Part shown: piece after piece, positions 21,501 to 30,318 of the stretch
How the letters are laid out: every line of letters begins with the position of its first letter
How positions within the stretch are numbered: the stretch's first letter is position 1
Notes under the pieces: generated by a model
Told to the model about the DNA's origin: nothing
The model's database searches: none
What the model saw: only the letters and a program-made list of their open reading frames with translations
IMG/VR virus record: IMGVR_UViG_3300032007_000014
Length of the DNA stretch: 64,000 nucleotides
Strand: one strand, 5' to 3'
From: a virus
Lineage: Duplodnaviria; Caudoviricetes
Program-made: the position numbers and the translations under genes

Positions 21501-23295
21501 TCATGAAGGCACGACTCCGATCTATCACTCTGTGGTGGATTCCAACGGAGATGTTGTCATCAGTGCGGCAACTATCGCGGAAGGTCTGTACAAGAAGGAA
21601 GGTTCTTCCTACAACAGCATCACAGAACGCGATATTCCTGAAACGTTCAATGAGTCTCTGTTCACATCCGGTGAGATCTACATTCATCCATCGAAGTCGG
21701 ATTTCACCGCACTTGCGAATCAGAAGTACGCATACAATCCAGTTCGCAACACGTACCAGTACAAGTACAAGGTCACAACGGATGCGACATTCCAGGCCAA
21801 CAAGAACTACTATCAGCTGAATTCCACGCTGAATGTGTACACGAAGGCCACTGTGACTCCAGGAAACACAAGGTCCGGTACGTACTACGAAGAAGACGGC
21901 ATTGAGTCCGTCATTCTTCTGCTGACAGGTCCTGTCGGATCGGATGCCAATTCTTCAACATCTGAGAATTTCGCTCCTGGTTCTGTCGAAGATCCCATGA
22001 TGGCGGTCATTCCTTCTGATTATCGCGGATATTCTGCGAGCGTCAGTGGTGAATATAACTCCGCAATCGGATTCAACTCAACAGTCGCTGGTAACTCCAA
22101 CGATGTGTTCGGTCACTTCTCGCAGACAACTGGTCTCGCCAACATCATCGTTGGTATGAGCTCTGTTGCGTATGGTGATAGCAACACAGTTGCGGCAGAT
22201 GAATCCTTCGCCATGGGAAGCGGTAACGTCGTCGGTGGTGATCGTAACTATGTGTTTGGTTCAGCGAACCACACCTATGGTTACTACGGATTCGTCTACG
22301 GTACTCGCAACTTCACCTATGGTGTTGATGCGTTTGTCGTGGGTAACTCCAACCACACCATGGGATCCAGGTCCTATGTGATCGGTCAGCAAGTGAAGGT
22401 CATGAAAGGTGCGAACGATTCAATGGTCGTCGGCTATGGCATTGATGTCTATGCTGAGAAAGCCATTGTGTTCGGACGCAATGCGAGTGTTCCGAAGTTT
22501 GTCGGCAACTATGTTGACGAAAACTCCGATACCATCAAGTCGATGTCTCTTGCCTCCTATGTGGCAAGTTACGACCAAATCTTCATCAGCAACAAGGAAG
22601 GTCTCTTCATTGGTGATGGTCTGAAGAATGGTCAGAATCTGACAACGATCTTCCCTGCATCTCTGACGAAATACAGATGCCGTCCGAATCCGGAATACTT
22701 CGATGCATCGACAAGTGCGAGAACATCAAAAGATCCGTATCTGTATGAACCTTATCTGCAGTGGAACTTCGTCGGCGCCATGCACATGTATTTCTCAGAT
22801 CCCACACAGGTTGGCAACACAACTAACTACACGTATTCACAGCGTGATGGTGGTCGTGTCAAGACCTTTGATAAGGGTCTGGAGATCGGCAGTCCTTCAA
22901 GTGAGTCGACAGTTCTTCTTGACTTCGACAAAGCCACTCGTTGGAAACTTGGAGAGATTGGCGCTGCAAGCGACAGCGGACTTATCAAAGTGGAAGCACA
23001 CAACTTTGTTGATGGTGCTGAAGCTTACATCGTTCTCTATGCGAAGGCAAATGTGTCTTGGTCTCTGCTTACCGGGACAACCAGTACGGCATATGGAACG
23101 AACAAATTCGCTGCTGTCAAATGGGTCAACGAAACTCAAGTCATTGATGGAGTTGAAGTGGTTACTCCTGTCAACGGACAGGGCATGACCAGCGGATACG
23201 CTCTCTTGAAACTCATGGTTGTCAAGTCCGGTGTTTCCAATGGTGTTGATCAGCTTGATCTCATCATCGAAACCGTGGTTAACACCTTGAGCTGA
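18520..23295 (+). CDS. tail fibre / receptor-binding protein with RCC1-like repeats and YadA-head-like repeats
   Basis: LWLWGQNHDGCLG, SAGWYHAVAL, VYLWGSNEYGCLG; ~14-aa G-x-x-N/S repeats; SHxH motifs. Confidence 0.75.
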   Translation: MAGTLIYDASAGRYQYVIGGSSSQAKSVKKVVTIAERDALKDKTTDVMVMEAYRDDPTVETGWAIYTYVESSGTWVKIGEQESMDITVSLTGLGFTKTAQEYNAAVDNSHSHVTVGNVKNTSVLYAAYEGNVDFTAFTQVSLPTFDEVSEFRALYQKAVYIGDGEPYYIESSSFTNNSNKFTGISISVNDSIIDENTRLTNVTQITGSIDTLAVIDSGKLYVVAIPNRGGSSVMYPKKTTDATFQAGKLYYTRTSFNGTTSYIYTRAYVTAGETRTGDYYEGGIAKCGTLLGDNQYSIPGTAYTQVGTDSNWEQIGALHLAWAAIKGDGNNGHVLYMAGINVSYQLGTAAYPNTTDLVQTAKIDNELSGFSTAYFEKVPYYLNEFKPITVVENNTRVIPTDWLDFSLGGYYTMARRGNGTTVTYNGVTFKKGTLWLWGQNHDGCLGDGYHTMHDMTSSDIQNFKDPDGNNYPSEITPCEVGRAEPKPLACIVDNSEVVYDDWVDYSAGWYHAVALRYVNKGNGVYESEVYLWGSNEYGCLGNGNYLNYRLQEDGTYEVSEDGIEYVDRPRLLTTAEFPYKDVVAVRANHYAVILVRANGEAYYAGCNKRNQLGITAAGGDAVNLATFTKMSSFFKDAYWDAETYGGFVLRDVPYLTNAADPIYKNIFTGDMSLNKIANAVTNSHTHVASTDDIDAVVLSAKQFLNNYEAVLSNLHSNPATGWHTNMSVLNKLSASGNTLLFNGNPIEGSGGGSGTGVVVDASNERLDDTVDITGFNNIAGGMPLEVISYNATMSPVGYILRVAPSGGQYHRTSRWESVGTLNAAGTYTELLTVEAQSKGLIAVMSGSPTINKIVNSTGDIKSLLTTIRDASSNPQTLTLYYIAFNDQGEMIRSSQAYTTIQQNNLKGGTISSLVYKSADDGEYLPIDDMQSSGLNENYDETEQWIDLYDSNHVLKFDGADAEAAATAGTPYYFNNGTQNTTEVKSSAEICIPKGHEGTTPIYHSVVDSNGDVVISAATIAEGLYKKEGSSYNSITERDIPETFNESLFTSGEIYIHPSKSDFTALANQKYAYNPVRNTYQYKYKVTTDATFQANKNYYQLNSTLNVYTKATVTPGNTRSGTYYEEDGIESVILLLTGPVGSDANSSTSENFAPGSVEDPMMAVIPSDYRGYSASVSGEYNSAIGFNSTVAGNSNDVFGHFSQTTGLANIIVGMSSVAYGDSNTVAADESFAMGSGNVVGGDRNYVFGSANHTYGYYGFVYGTRNFTYGVDAFVVGNSNHTMGSRSYVIGQQVKVMKGANDSMVVGYGIDVYAEKAIVFGRNASVPKFVGNYVDENSDTIKSMSLASYVASYDQIFISNKEGLFIGDGLKNGQNLTTIFPASLTKYRCRPNPEYFDASTSARTSKDPYLYEPYLQWNFVGAMHMYFSDPTQVGNTTNYTYSQRDGGRVKTFDKGLEIGSPSSESTVLLDFDKATRWKLGEIGAASDSGLIKVEAHNFVDGAEAYIVLYAKANVSWSLLTGTTSTAYGTNKFAAVKWVNETQVIDGVEVVTPVNGQGMTSGYALLKLMVVKSGVSNGVDQLDLIIETVVNTLS

Positions 23296-23383
23296 CCACA
23301 TCAGTATCAACTAAGAGAGTGATGCGTGAGCAACACTCCACATCACTCTCTTGTAACTCATTGAACTTATAAGGGTGACTATC

Positions 23384-24016
23384 ATGTCAGAATTCGTGTT
23401 TGTAAGAAACGGTGAAGAGATTCCCTACTCCACCCAGTCAGTGACTGTGAAAGAACAGGTGACTGTTGATGTGCAGAAAGCACTGTGGAGCGGAGCTCAG
23501 CGCCTGTCTGTTGAAGCTCTCAATGCTCTCGGCATTGATCTGAAATTCAAGCCGACACAGACAGAAGCAAGAATCATGTTCGAGAAAGTCTCGTTCATGT
23601 ACGGTGCGATTCCTGAATTCGCAACTCGTGTTCAGGAAATGAAGGACATGTACGATTTCCTTGAAATCGCATACGACGCCAAGACGGAAGATGTCGAAGC
23701 AGCTCTCAAGGCGAAATTCGAGAACGCGGACGATCGTGCAGAATACTATGCCCAGTTCCAGGGCGCTCTGCAGAATGTCAAGATCAACTACCAGGCGGGC
23801 AATCGTGCTATGTATGAGTACGATAATGAAATCATCGGCGAAGGCGAAGCATTCGACCCAGTTGATGACTTCATCGTCTGGATGCATCTTCCCATTCTCA
23901 TCAAGTGGCTTCCTGGCACTTATGAGGAGAACGAGATTCCGGAGAAACGTCAGGAAGAAATCGTGACATCTTCGGAACGCGAATCCGTTCTTCGCGGCCA
24001 GATGGCGAACGACTGA
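23384..24016 (+). CDS. hypothetical protein downstream of tail fibre
   Basis: ~210-aa ORF with biased codon usage. Confidence 0.65.
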   Translation: MSEFVFVRNGEEIPYSTQSVTVKEQVTVDVQKALWSGAQRLSVEALNALGIDLKFKPTQTEARIMFEKVSFMYGAIPEFATRVQEMKDMYDFLEIAYDAKTEDVEAALKAKFENADDRAEYYAQFQGALQNVKINYQAGNRAMYEYDNEIIGEGEAFDPVDDFIVWMHLPILIKWLPGTYEENEIPEKRQEEIVTSSERESVLRGQMAND

Positions 24017-24093
24017 TTCTCTATCACAACAACTTAGATCTGATAGGGAGTCTTCATTGACTCCCTATCAGATTCTTTATTTGGAGTTCCATC

Positions 24094-25206
24094 ATGGACA
24101 GTGAAGAAAAAGATATTGAACCGAAGATCAATGAAGAAACACACAATGATGAGTTTCTTCCACCGAGTGATGGTGACGAATATTACGGTGAACCAGTCAC
24201 TCTGAAAGAGAAGATCATCGGTCTCTTGAAAAGTGCTCTCAATTATACAGCATTGGGTTCTCTGTTACCAGGAGCAACAAGAGAGTTCAACGAATTCGAA
24301 TACAAACTCATTCGACATCTCTTCAAGTGCTTTTCGGATTACGAACAAAACATCTCATCATGGTTGTTCGAATATATCGATGTGAATGATGTCAAGTTCG
24401 TTTGGAATATGAATTTGCATACGTCTGGAATCATGGGATCATTCAACCCCCTGCATCCAAAGCAAATTCAAGTGAGTGACATTGCTCATTTCACAACAAG
24501 AATTCTACACAATAAGGGATTCGAAGAAGATGATCCAGATGGAATCATTGGTTATTCACCAATGGCAAACGAATTCAAACCAAGATGGAATGATGTGAAC
24601 ACTGCAGTGTGTGGAATCATGATCAATAACTTTGCAACAATTGTTCATGAAATGACTCACATGTTCCAGTTTGGCATTGCTTGCAAAGTGAAAGAAAATG
24701 CTTCATTCTGGGAGATCTTCCGACTGAAAGTTGTGCTTCCTGTTGGATATGTCTTCAACAGATTGTACACAGCATTTGTTGACAATCCTCTTGTTGACGC
24801 GATTGTCATAAAAGTTCATGAATTTCTTCATCCGAACGAGTTGGAGTACAATACAGACGATGCACATCTTCCATTCTTCTACAAGTTCACACTCGAGTAT
24901 GATGTCGATGAGACAATCGAAAAGAGTGTGAAATTGAAGGAGTTTGTTGAGAAACTCGATCGTGCACTTACCTCCGTGTGTTTCAAATACAGACAAGATC
25001 CAACGGATCCTGAGAACGCACATGTCCACATTGGCTGCACACCAGAAGAACTTGCGGAGATGAAAAAATCACACGAATTGACAGTCCAGATGGCTATGGA
25101 AGAAAACGGTCCCAAGATCTGGAAATATGCTGAAGAATTGTATCAGATGCATGTTGAAGAACGTGATCGTATCCTTGCCAAACATGGATACAAAAAAGAA
25201 AAATAA
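24094..25206 (+). CDS. putative zincin-like metallopeptidase
   Basis: TIVHEMTHMFQ (HExxH). Confidence 0.5.
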   Translation: MDSEEKDIEPKINEETHNDEFLPPSDGDEYYGEPVTLKEKIIGLLKSALNYTALGSLLPGATREFNEFEYKLIRHLFKCFSDYEQNISSWLFEYIDVNDVKFVWNMNLHTSGIMGSFNPLHPKQIQVSDIAHFTTRILHNKGFEEDDPDGIIGYSPMANEFKPRWNDVNTAVCGIMINNFATIVHEMTHMFQFGIACKVKENASFWEIFRLKVVLPVGYVFNRLYTAFVDNPLVDAIVIKVHEFLHPNELEYNTDDAHLPFFYKFTLEYDVDETIEKSVKLKEFVEKLDRALTSVCFKYRQDPTDPENAHVHIGCTPEELAEMKKSHELTVQMAMEENGPKIWKYAEELYQMHVEERDRILAKHGYKKEK

Positions 25207-25259
25207 GTCATCTATCATCTCTGGTGCGGAGAACATCCGCACCAGAGTGATGATGATTT

Positions 25260-25496
25260 TCAATTCAGACCCATTTCTAAATATGAAGAACGAATCTCTT
25301 TCATTACTCTCAATCTCTCTTGGAGAATCGCGGTACGTTCCTCATCGAATAGGACGCTTACAAGAATCTCCGAAGAAAGTTTTTCGATTGTTGATTGTAA
25401 CAATTCTTCGAGAACGTACCCGTCTCGTTCGAACGATTTGAGAATTGAGCGGATCCGACGAGAAAGATGTTTCTGTTTTGGGGCGGGTGTGGACAT
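25260..25496 (-). CDS. small early protein (78 aa)
   Basis: GGAGG RBS, early promoter 25583-25590, structured 5' leader. Confidence 0.65.
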   Translation of the reverse strand: MSTPAPKQKHLSRRIRSILKSFERDGYVLEELLQSTIEKLSSEILVSVLFDEERTAILQERLRVMKEIRSSYLEMGLN

Positions 25497-25634
25497 TGTG
25501 TACCTCCATTGTGTTATTTTTTACGTGACTTGATCATCTAATACAAGAGATGATTGCCTACAAGTCACACGACTTCACGTGAGTAATATATAGACATTTT
25601 CTTATAAACTACACCCAACAACAAGGAGTTCAAC

Positions 25635-27035
25635 ATGGAACAAATCATCAAGAAGGAGTTCGAGTCGTATCCAGATCGCGACGCACTCCCGATCAAACTC
25701 GTCGATCGCACGGTCGGTGTTGTCGACATTCATGAACCCGATAAGAAGATCGAGAGATTCGCTCGCATCTGTTATCGGTCTGAAGACAAGATCAGTGAGA
25801 ATTCTTCCGAAAAACTGATCAAGTTCTGCATCGCACATGATCACGGGAGCATTCTCGAACACTACTACATCTCTGTCTTCTTTCCGCGAGAAGGACATTA
25901 CAAAGATGTCCTCGGTGATGATCGCATGACTCCTGGTTACATCTGGGATGCTTGTGATTCCACCGCGAAACGCAAGTTCACGGCTCTCTACTGGGATCGT
26001 TATCTCAAAGTGAACAAGGACATTCCTGACGGACAGCCTCTCATTTGGAGATGCACCAGTGGAACAGTCCGTGTCTGGAGAGACATTGTGAAATCCGGTA
26101 TTGAAGCATCTATCAAACAGGACATTCGTCCCGCAGTCGTGTTCCATCTGGCTCTGCTGAAAGAACTTTATAAGTTCGCCCCGATCTTCTTCCAGGATAT
26201 CGTGGATTGGGTCGATGGAATCGTCTCGTTCAGTGCAACGCAGTCCAAGAGTATCAGTTATCTCACGGAAGGCGTAGATCCCTCTGAAATCAAATTCAAA
26301 TCCATTCCGGATGAGAAGCTGAATATCGGCATCGTTGTCGGAGAATCCATCGGTGCGTACGTCTCATTCATCTGCACCACGGAACGTGCGACTTCGCATC
26401 AGTTGGTCCGTCATCGCGTCGAGTGCTCCTACTCTCAGGAATCCCAACGCTATGTCAACTACGCCAACAAGGGAATCAACGTTGTTGCTCCTCTCGCTGA
26501 ACAGAAGTTCGCTGATGAAGCCACTGCAACCCGTGCGGCGCGCACTTGGATCGATGCAATGATCGATGCAGGAAACGCGTATCTCGATCTCATCGAAGAT
26601 GGTGTCAAGCCTGAATCCGCGAGATCTGTCCTCCCGAATGCCTGTGCAACCACCATTGGTGTCACGATGACTTTCGGATCTCTCGAGCACTTCTTCAACA
26701 AACGTTTGGCATCCGATGCGCAATTCGAGATTCGTGACATGGCTGCCAACATGTTGAAGATCCTCATCGATGGAGGTCATCCGATTCTGTACAATATCAA
26801 TCCTTACAGCATCATTCGTTGGGCGAAGTGGATGGTTGAACAGAAACAGAAGTTCGGCATCGAATACTGGACTGGTGTGATCGAGAAATGGAAAGACATC
26901 ATCGTTCAGACCAAGAAAGCACACGAAGCAGAGGCAAAGCGTCAGGCGGAACTTGCAGCGAAAGCGCAGGAACTCGCTAACTCCAAGAAGGAAGAAGACG
27001 CCAAGCCTGCTGAAGAAGTCAAAGAAGAAAAGTAA
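25635..27035 (+). CDS. thyX: flavin-dependent thymidylate synthase (extended)
   Basis: ARICYRS, HGSILEH, HQLVRHRVECSYSQESQRY, ARSVLPNA, AQFEIR. Confidence 0.9.
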   Translation: MEQIIKKEFESYPDRDALPIKLVDRTVGVVDIHEPDKKIERFARICYRSEDKISENSSEKLIKFCIAHDHGSILEHYYISVFFPREGHYKDVLGDDRMTPGYIWDACDSTAKRKFTALYWDRYLKVNKDIPDGQPLIWRCTSGTVRVWRDIVKSGIEASIKQDIRPAVVFHLALLKELYKFAPIFFQDIVDWVDGIVSFSATQSKSISYLTEGVDPSEIKFKSIPDEKLNIGIVVGESIGAYVSFICTTERATSHQLVRHRVECSYSQESQRYVNYANKGINVVAPLAEQKFADEATATRAARTWIDAMIDAGNAYLDLIEDGVKPESARSVLPNACATTIGVTMTFGSLEHFFNKRLASDAQFEIRDMAANMLKILIDGGHPILYNINPYSIIRWAKWMVEQKQKFGIEYWTGVIEKWKDIIVQTKKAHEAEAKRQAELAAKAQELANSKKEEDAKPAEEVKEEK

Positions 27036-27130
27036 CCACCCTCATCCCTCATAGGTGATCGTACGGAGGATAGTCCTCCGTACGATCGCCATTTTATGCA
27101 CATAACATTCAACCACAAGGAGATTGTACT

Positions 27131-27616
27131 ATGGCAAAGAAACTTATCAACGTCACAGCGAAGATGGGTCGTCTCATTCCTGTTCAGAATCTGAACAAGA
27201 AATGGAATGAAGGGGAGACTTACAACAGCGTCAAGATCGAGAATGATGATGGAAAGACGGAGCGTTGTCTCCTGCTCACCAAGAGCGAGATCAACAGATG
27301 CAAGTTTGTCACCACATCAGAACTCCCGAAATTCACCTTCTTCTCCGATGACAATGTTGAGACGAAGAAACCCAATGGTGAAAAGATGTTCGATCAGATG
27401 AAGTCTGGTCGTCTCTATGTCACCAAGATCGAGAGCAACAAACTCCGTGGATCGATCACTTCATACCTGCTCGCCCTCGACATCTATGAGAACAAGAAGT
27501 TCGAAAAGATCGTCATTCGTATTCCGATGTCCGTTATCAAACGTGCGACCGCACGTGCACAGCGGAATCCTGAAGATATCGCCACAGTTGGTTGGTTCCA
27601 CGATCTGCTCGACTAA
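27131..27616 (+). CDS. hypothetical protein (161 aa)
   Basis: AAGGAG RBS, late motif at 27088-27098. Confidence 0.7.
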   Translation: MAKKLINVTAKMGRLIPVQNLNKKWNEGETYNSVKIENDDGKTERCLLLTKSEINRCKFVTTSELPKFTFFSDDNVETKKPNGEKMFDQMKSGRLYVTKIESNKLRGSITSYLLALDIYENKKFEKIVIRIPMSVIKRATARAQRNPEDIATVGWFHDLLD

Positions 27617-27637
27617 CATACAAAGGAGAGTGACTCA

Positions 27638-28492
27638 ATGCTCACTTACAAATCATTGACACCGGATATTGAGAATCAAGTCCTTGTGTCAATTTCAGGA
27701 GGTGGCGTTGCGATGGTTGAGACAGCAACTGGTGTCTTGAAAGCCATCAATGAACGCTACGGAAAAATCATCACCAACATGTGTGGTGGTTCTGCTGGAG
27801 GACTTGTCTCATCCATTTACATGTCATGGGGTCAAGATCCACAGAGAATGATCGATCTCATCCACAACACCTCGATCGATGACTGGTTCAAACTTTGTCC
27901 GTTCCAAGCATTCAAATCTGTGTTTGGATTGTCCAACTATGTCATGGACAATACAGCACTGTATGAGTTCTTGAAGAAGGAACTCACGATTGCTGCATAT
28001 GACAGAGTCCAGGTGTCTCTTACTGAAATGGTTGATGGTGGAAAGATCGGCAAGAGTTTTATGGCTCAAGCCACACCTGCAACCACAACCGGAACTATGT
28101 CCATCCAGCATGTGTTTCCACCCGTTGATCTTGGTGATGGACTGCTTGTTGGAGATGGTGGGGTGAAGAACCTCATTCCTATTCCAAGGATTGTGGACAT
28201 TCCGAAATACAAGCATATCTTCTTTGTGCTTGCTCCTGAATCAGAGATGGGTTTTGCCAACTGTGGATGGAGATTCCTTCGCAATGTTGTGTCTCTTTTG
28301 AATGGAGCACTTGAACGTGAAATGTCTCAAGTTGCAGAAATGCACTTTGAAGATCTTCCGAATGTCACAGTGCTTCGTCCCGAGAGTTACGTACCATCTG
28401 CTGGATTGCTAAATTGGTCTGACAAATATGATCAGATCGACAAAGCATATGACTTTGCAATGAAACAACTGGAACACGAGAAGGACATCTAA
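27638..28492 (+). CDS. patatin-like phospholipase
   Basis: ISGGGV oxyanion loop, GGSAG nucleophile, DGG catalytic Asp. Confidence 0.8.
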   Translation: MLTYKSLTPDIENQVLVSISGGGVAMVETATGVLKAINERYGKIITNMCGGSAGGLVSSIYMSWGQDPQRMIDLIHNTSIDDWFKLCPFQAFKSVFGLSNYVMDNTALYEFLKKELTIAAYDRVQVSLTEMVDGGKIGKSFMAQATPATTTGTMSIQHVFPPVDLGDGLLVGDGGVKNLIPIPRIVDIPKYKHIFFVLAPESEMGFANCGWRFLRNVVSLLNGALEREMSQVAEMHFEDLPNVTVLRPESYVPSAGLLNWSDKYDQIDKAYDFAMKQLEHEKDI

Positions 28493-28493
28493 C

Positions 28494-28709
28494 ATGAAGA
28501 AGATATTGGTTGTATTCGCTTGTGTTGGATGCATCTGTTTCACTGGTTGCAACACCAGCAAGGTTCACATTTCTGATGATGAACAATGGTACATCCAACA
28601 GATAGAGAAGGAAAAAAGAGATCCTTCCAAGACAATTCACAATTGTCCGTACTGCAGATGTCTCAAAAGAGATGCTGTCAGTATACCTGTACAGGAAATA
28701 CAAAAATAA
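28494..28709 (+). CDS. small putative lipoprotein
   Basis: MKK + hydrophobic stretch + FTGC lipobox-like site. Confidence 0.55.
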   Translation: MKKILVVFACVGCICFTGCNTSKVHISDDEQWYIQQIEKEKRDPSKTIHNCPYCRCLKRDAVSIPVQEIQK

Positions 28710-28720
28710 AAGAATGTTGA

Positions 28721-28755
28721 CATCTGAACCCCAGGAAAATCCTGGGGTTCAGATG
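28721..28755. terminator. bidirectional terminator
   Basis: CATCTGAACCCCAGGA/TCCTGGGGTTCAGATG. Confidence 0.75.
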
Positions 28756-28797
28756 CCTTAATCAAGATTGTTTCGAATGCAGAACTTGTACGTTGAA

Positions 28798-29799
28798 TTA
28801 CTTCAACGTGATGTTGCCGTCGGCATCGACATTGAGACAATCGAACGCAGTCGTGTTCAACTGACGACGTTCTTTCTCCTCAAAGCGATTCTCTCTCTTG
28901 AACTTCTTCTTTCCGCCCTTGTACTTGCTCGGATCGAACTTCTCACGGTTCTTGTTGTTGAACTGACGACGAGGAGCGTCCTTGTGCGGTGCATCGGGAA
29001 CAAATTCCCCTGCGGATTCGTGAAGATCGACATTCGCCTTGCGGTCGAATTTCTTGTTCACAAACTTGCCGTTCTCATCACGGCATTCCTCACACTCCGG
29101 GTTGCGACAATCCCAGAATCCCTTGCTGTTCTGAACGAGTTCGCTCTTGCAGACTCTGCATTTGTGGACGCGCGGATGATTGGGATCATCCATGGGTTCC
29201 TCATGATAGAACGCCGCGAAAGTATCGGCATTCGTCACGAGAAGTTCGATGACCGCCTCACAGAGGTAGTGCAGACGGTTGGCTTTGGAACCGGGACCGA
29301 AGTCCTTGCGTCCGGTCTTGGCTTCGTCGATAGGTTCACAACGATGTCCGAGCGCATACATGAGACGACCTTCCGTGGTTTTCGGAGTCGTGTACGCATC
29401 GATCAGACTTTCGACAGTGACCTTGTTGCCGTCATCATCGACGAGTTCTTCACCTTTGTCGAGGCGAGCGAGACTGTCGAGGAACGCAAGGCAGTTCCCG
29501 TTCAGTTTCATCACCTCTTCCTTGGTGAATTTGCGAAGCTTGAATTTGAACCCATATACAATACCGGTCATGGCATTGACCAGCCAGTCACCACCGTGAC
29601 GACCGTCTTTGGGTCCGTAGCCGCGGTGCTGCTTCGCATACGCGACAATGTTGTTGGCGATCTCTTCCGTGTAACCGGCTTCGATCAGTTTGGTTTTCCG
29701 AGTCTCGTTCTTCTTCTGGATGAACGCTTCACGTTCTTCCTTGGTGAACTGTTTCTTCGGGGCGGGAGTGGAGTTGGTGTTCGCAGCGTCGTTCTGCAT
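28798..29799 (-). CDS. hypothetical basic protein with Zn-ribbon
   Basis: CRVC...CRNPEC motif; Lys/Arg-rich C-terminus. Confidence 0.65.
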   Translation of the reverse strand: MQNDAANTNSTPAPKKQFTKEEREAFIQKKNETRKTKLIEAGYTEEIANNIVAYAKQHRGYGPKDGRHGGDWLVNAMTGIVYGFKFKLRKFTKEEVMKLNGNCLAFLDSLARLDKGEELVDDDGNKVTVESLIDAYTTPKTTEGRLMYALGHRCEPIDEAKTGRKDFGPGSKANRLHYLCEAVIELLVTNADTFAAFYHEEPMDDPNHPRVHKCRVCKSELVQNSKGFWDCRNPECEECRDENGKFVNKKFDRKANVDLHESAGEFVPDAPHKDAPRRQFNNKNREKFDPSKYKGGKKKFKRENRFEEKERRQLNTTAFDCLNVDADGNITLK

Positions 29800-29811
29800 T
29801 CTGGCATTCCT

Positions 29812-30294
29812 TCATGGTTGTTTGGTGAAAAGATCTCTTCTATACCTACGGACCAAATCCATATGGTGTATGAGATCGGTTAAGATTCGCTCATGTAGTT
29901 CTGGAGTGTCACCATATTCGATCAGTTCGAATAACAGATCTGGTATGACAACATATCCGAGTTCCACATATTTCCTGTTGAGTATGTCGAATCTACCCAT
30001 ACTCAACATGGGTTGATAAACAGCAAGTTGTTGAAACAGCATCGTTGTGAAATACTGAACCATCTCCAATCTTGTTTTGAATACAATCTCAGGGATGTTA
30101 TACTTCTCACGATACTTGACCAGAACATCGGATTTGAATGTCTGGACCAACACTCTTGTTGCTATCTCGTCACACTTCTCACGATCAACTAGATCGTCGA
30201 GCATAGTAATGGTATCTCTTAACCTTTCATTACGAATGACAACGCATTGCTTAGATGTCAAGCGATACCATATGTTCTTTATCCACTTGAACAT
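29812..30294 (-). CDS. hypothetical protein (160 aa)
   Basis: AGGAGG RBS, in tubulin operon. Confidence 0.7.
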   Translation of the reverse strand: MFKWIKNIWYRLTSKQCVVIRNERLRDTITMLDDLVDREKCDEIATRVLVQTFKSDVLVKYREKYNIPEIVFKTRLEMVQYFTTMLFQQLAVYQPMLSMGRFDILNRKYVELGYVVIPDLLFELIEYGDTPELHERILTDLIHHMDLVRRYRRDLFTKQP

Positions 30295-30318
30295 AGACCC
30301 TCCTGGGTCTTAGGGTGA

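Noticed and set aside
28768-29883. Long antisense ORFs (also 1126-1989, 7332-8135, 19282-20577, 32418-33353, 38232-39032)
   Set aside because: Shadows of codon-biased genes on the other strand; no RBS or protein motifs
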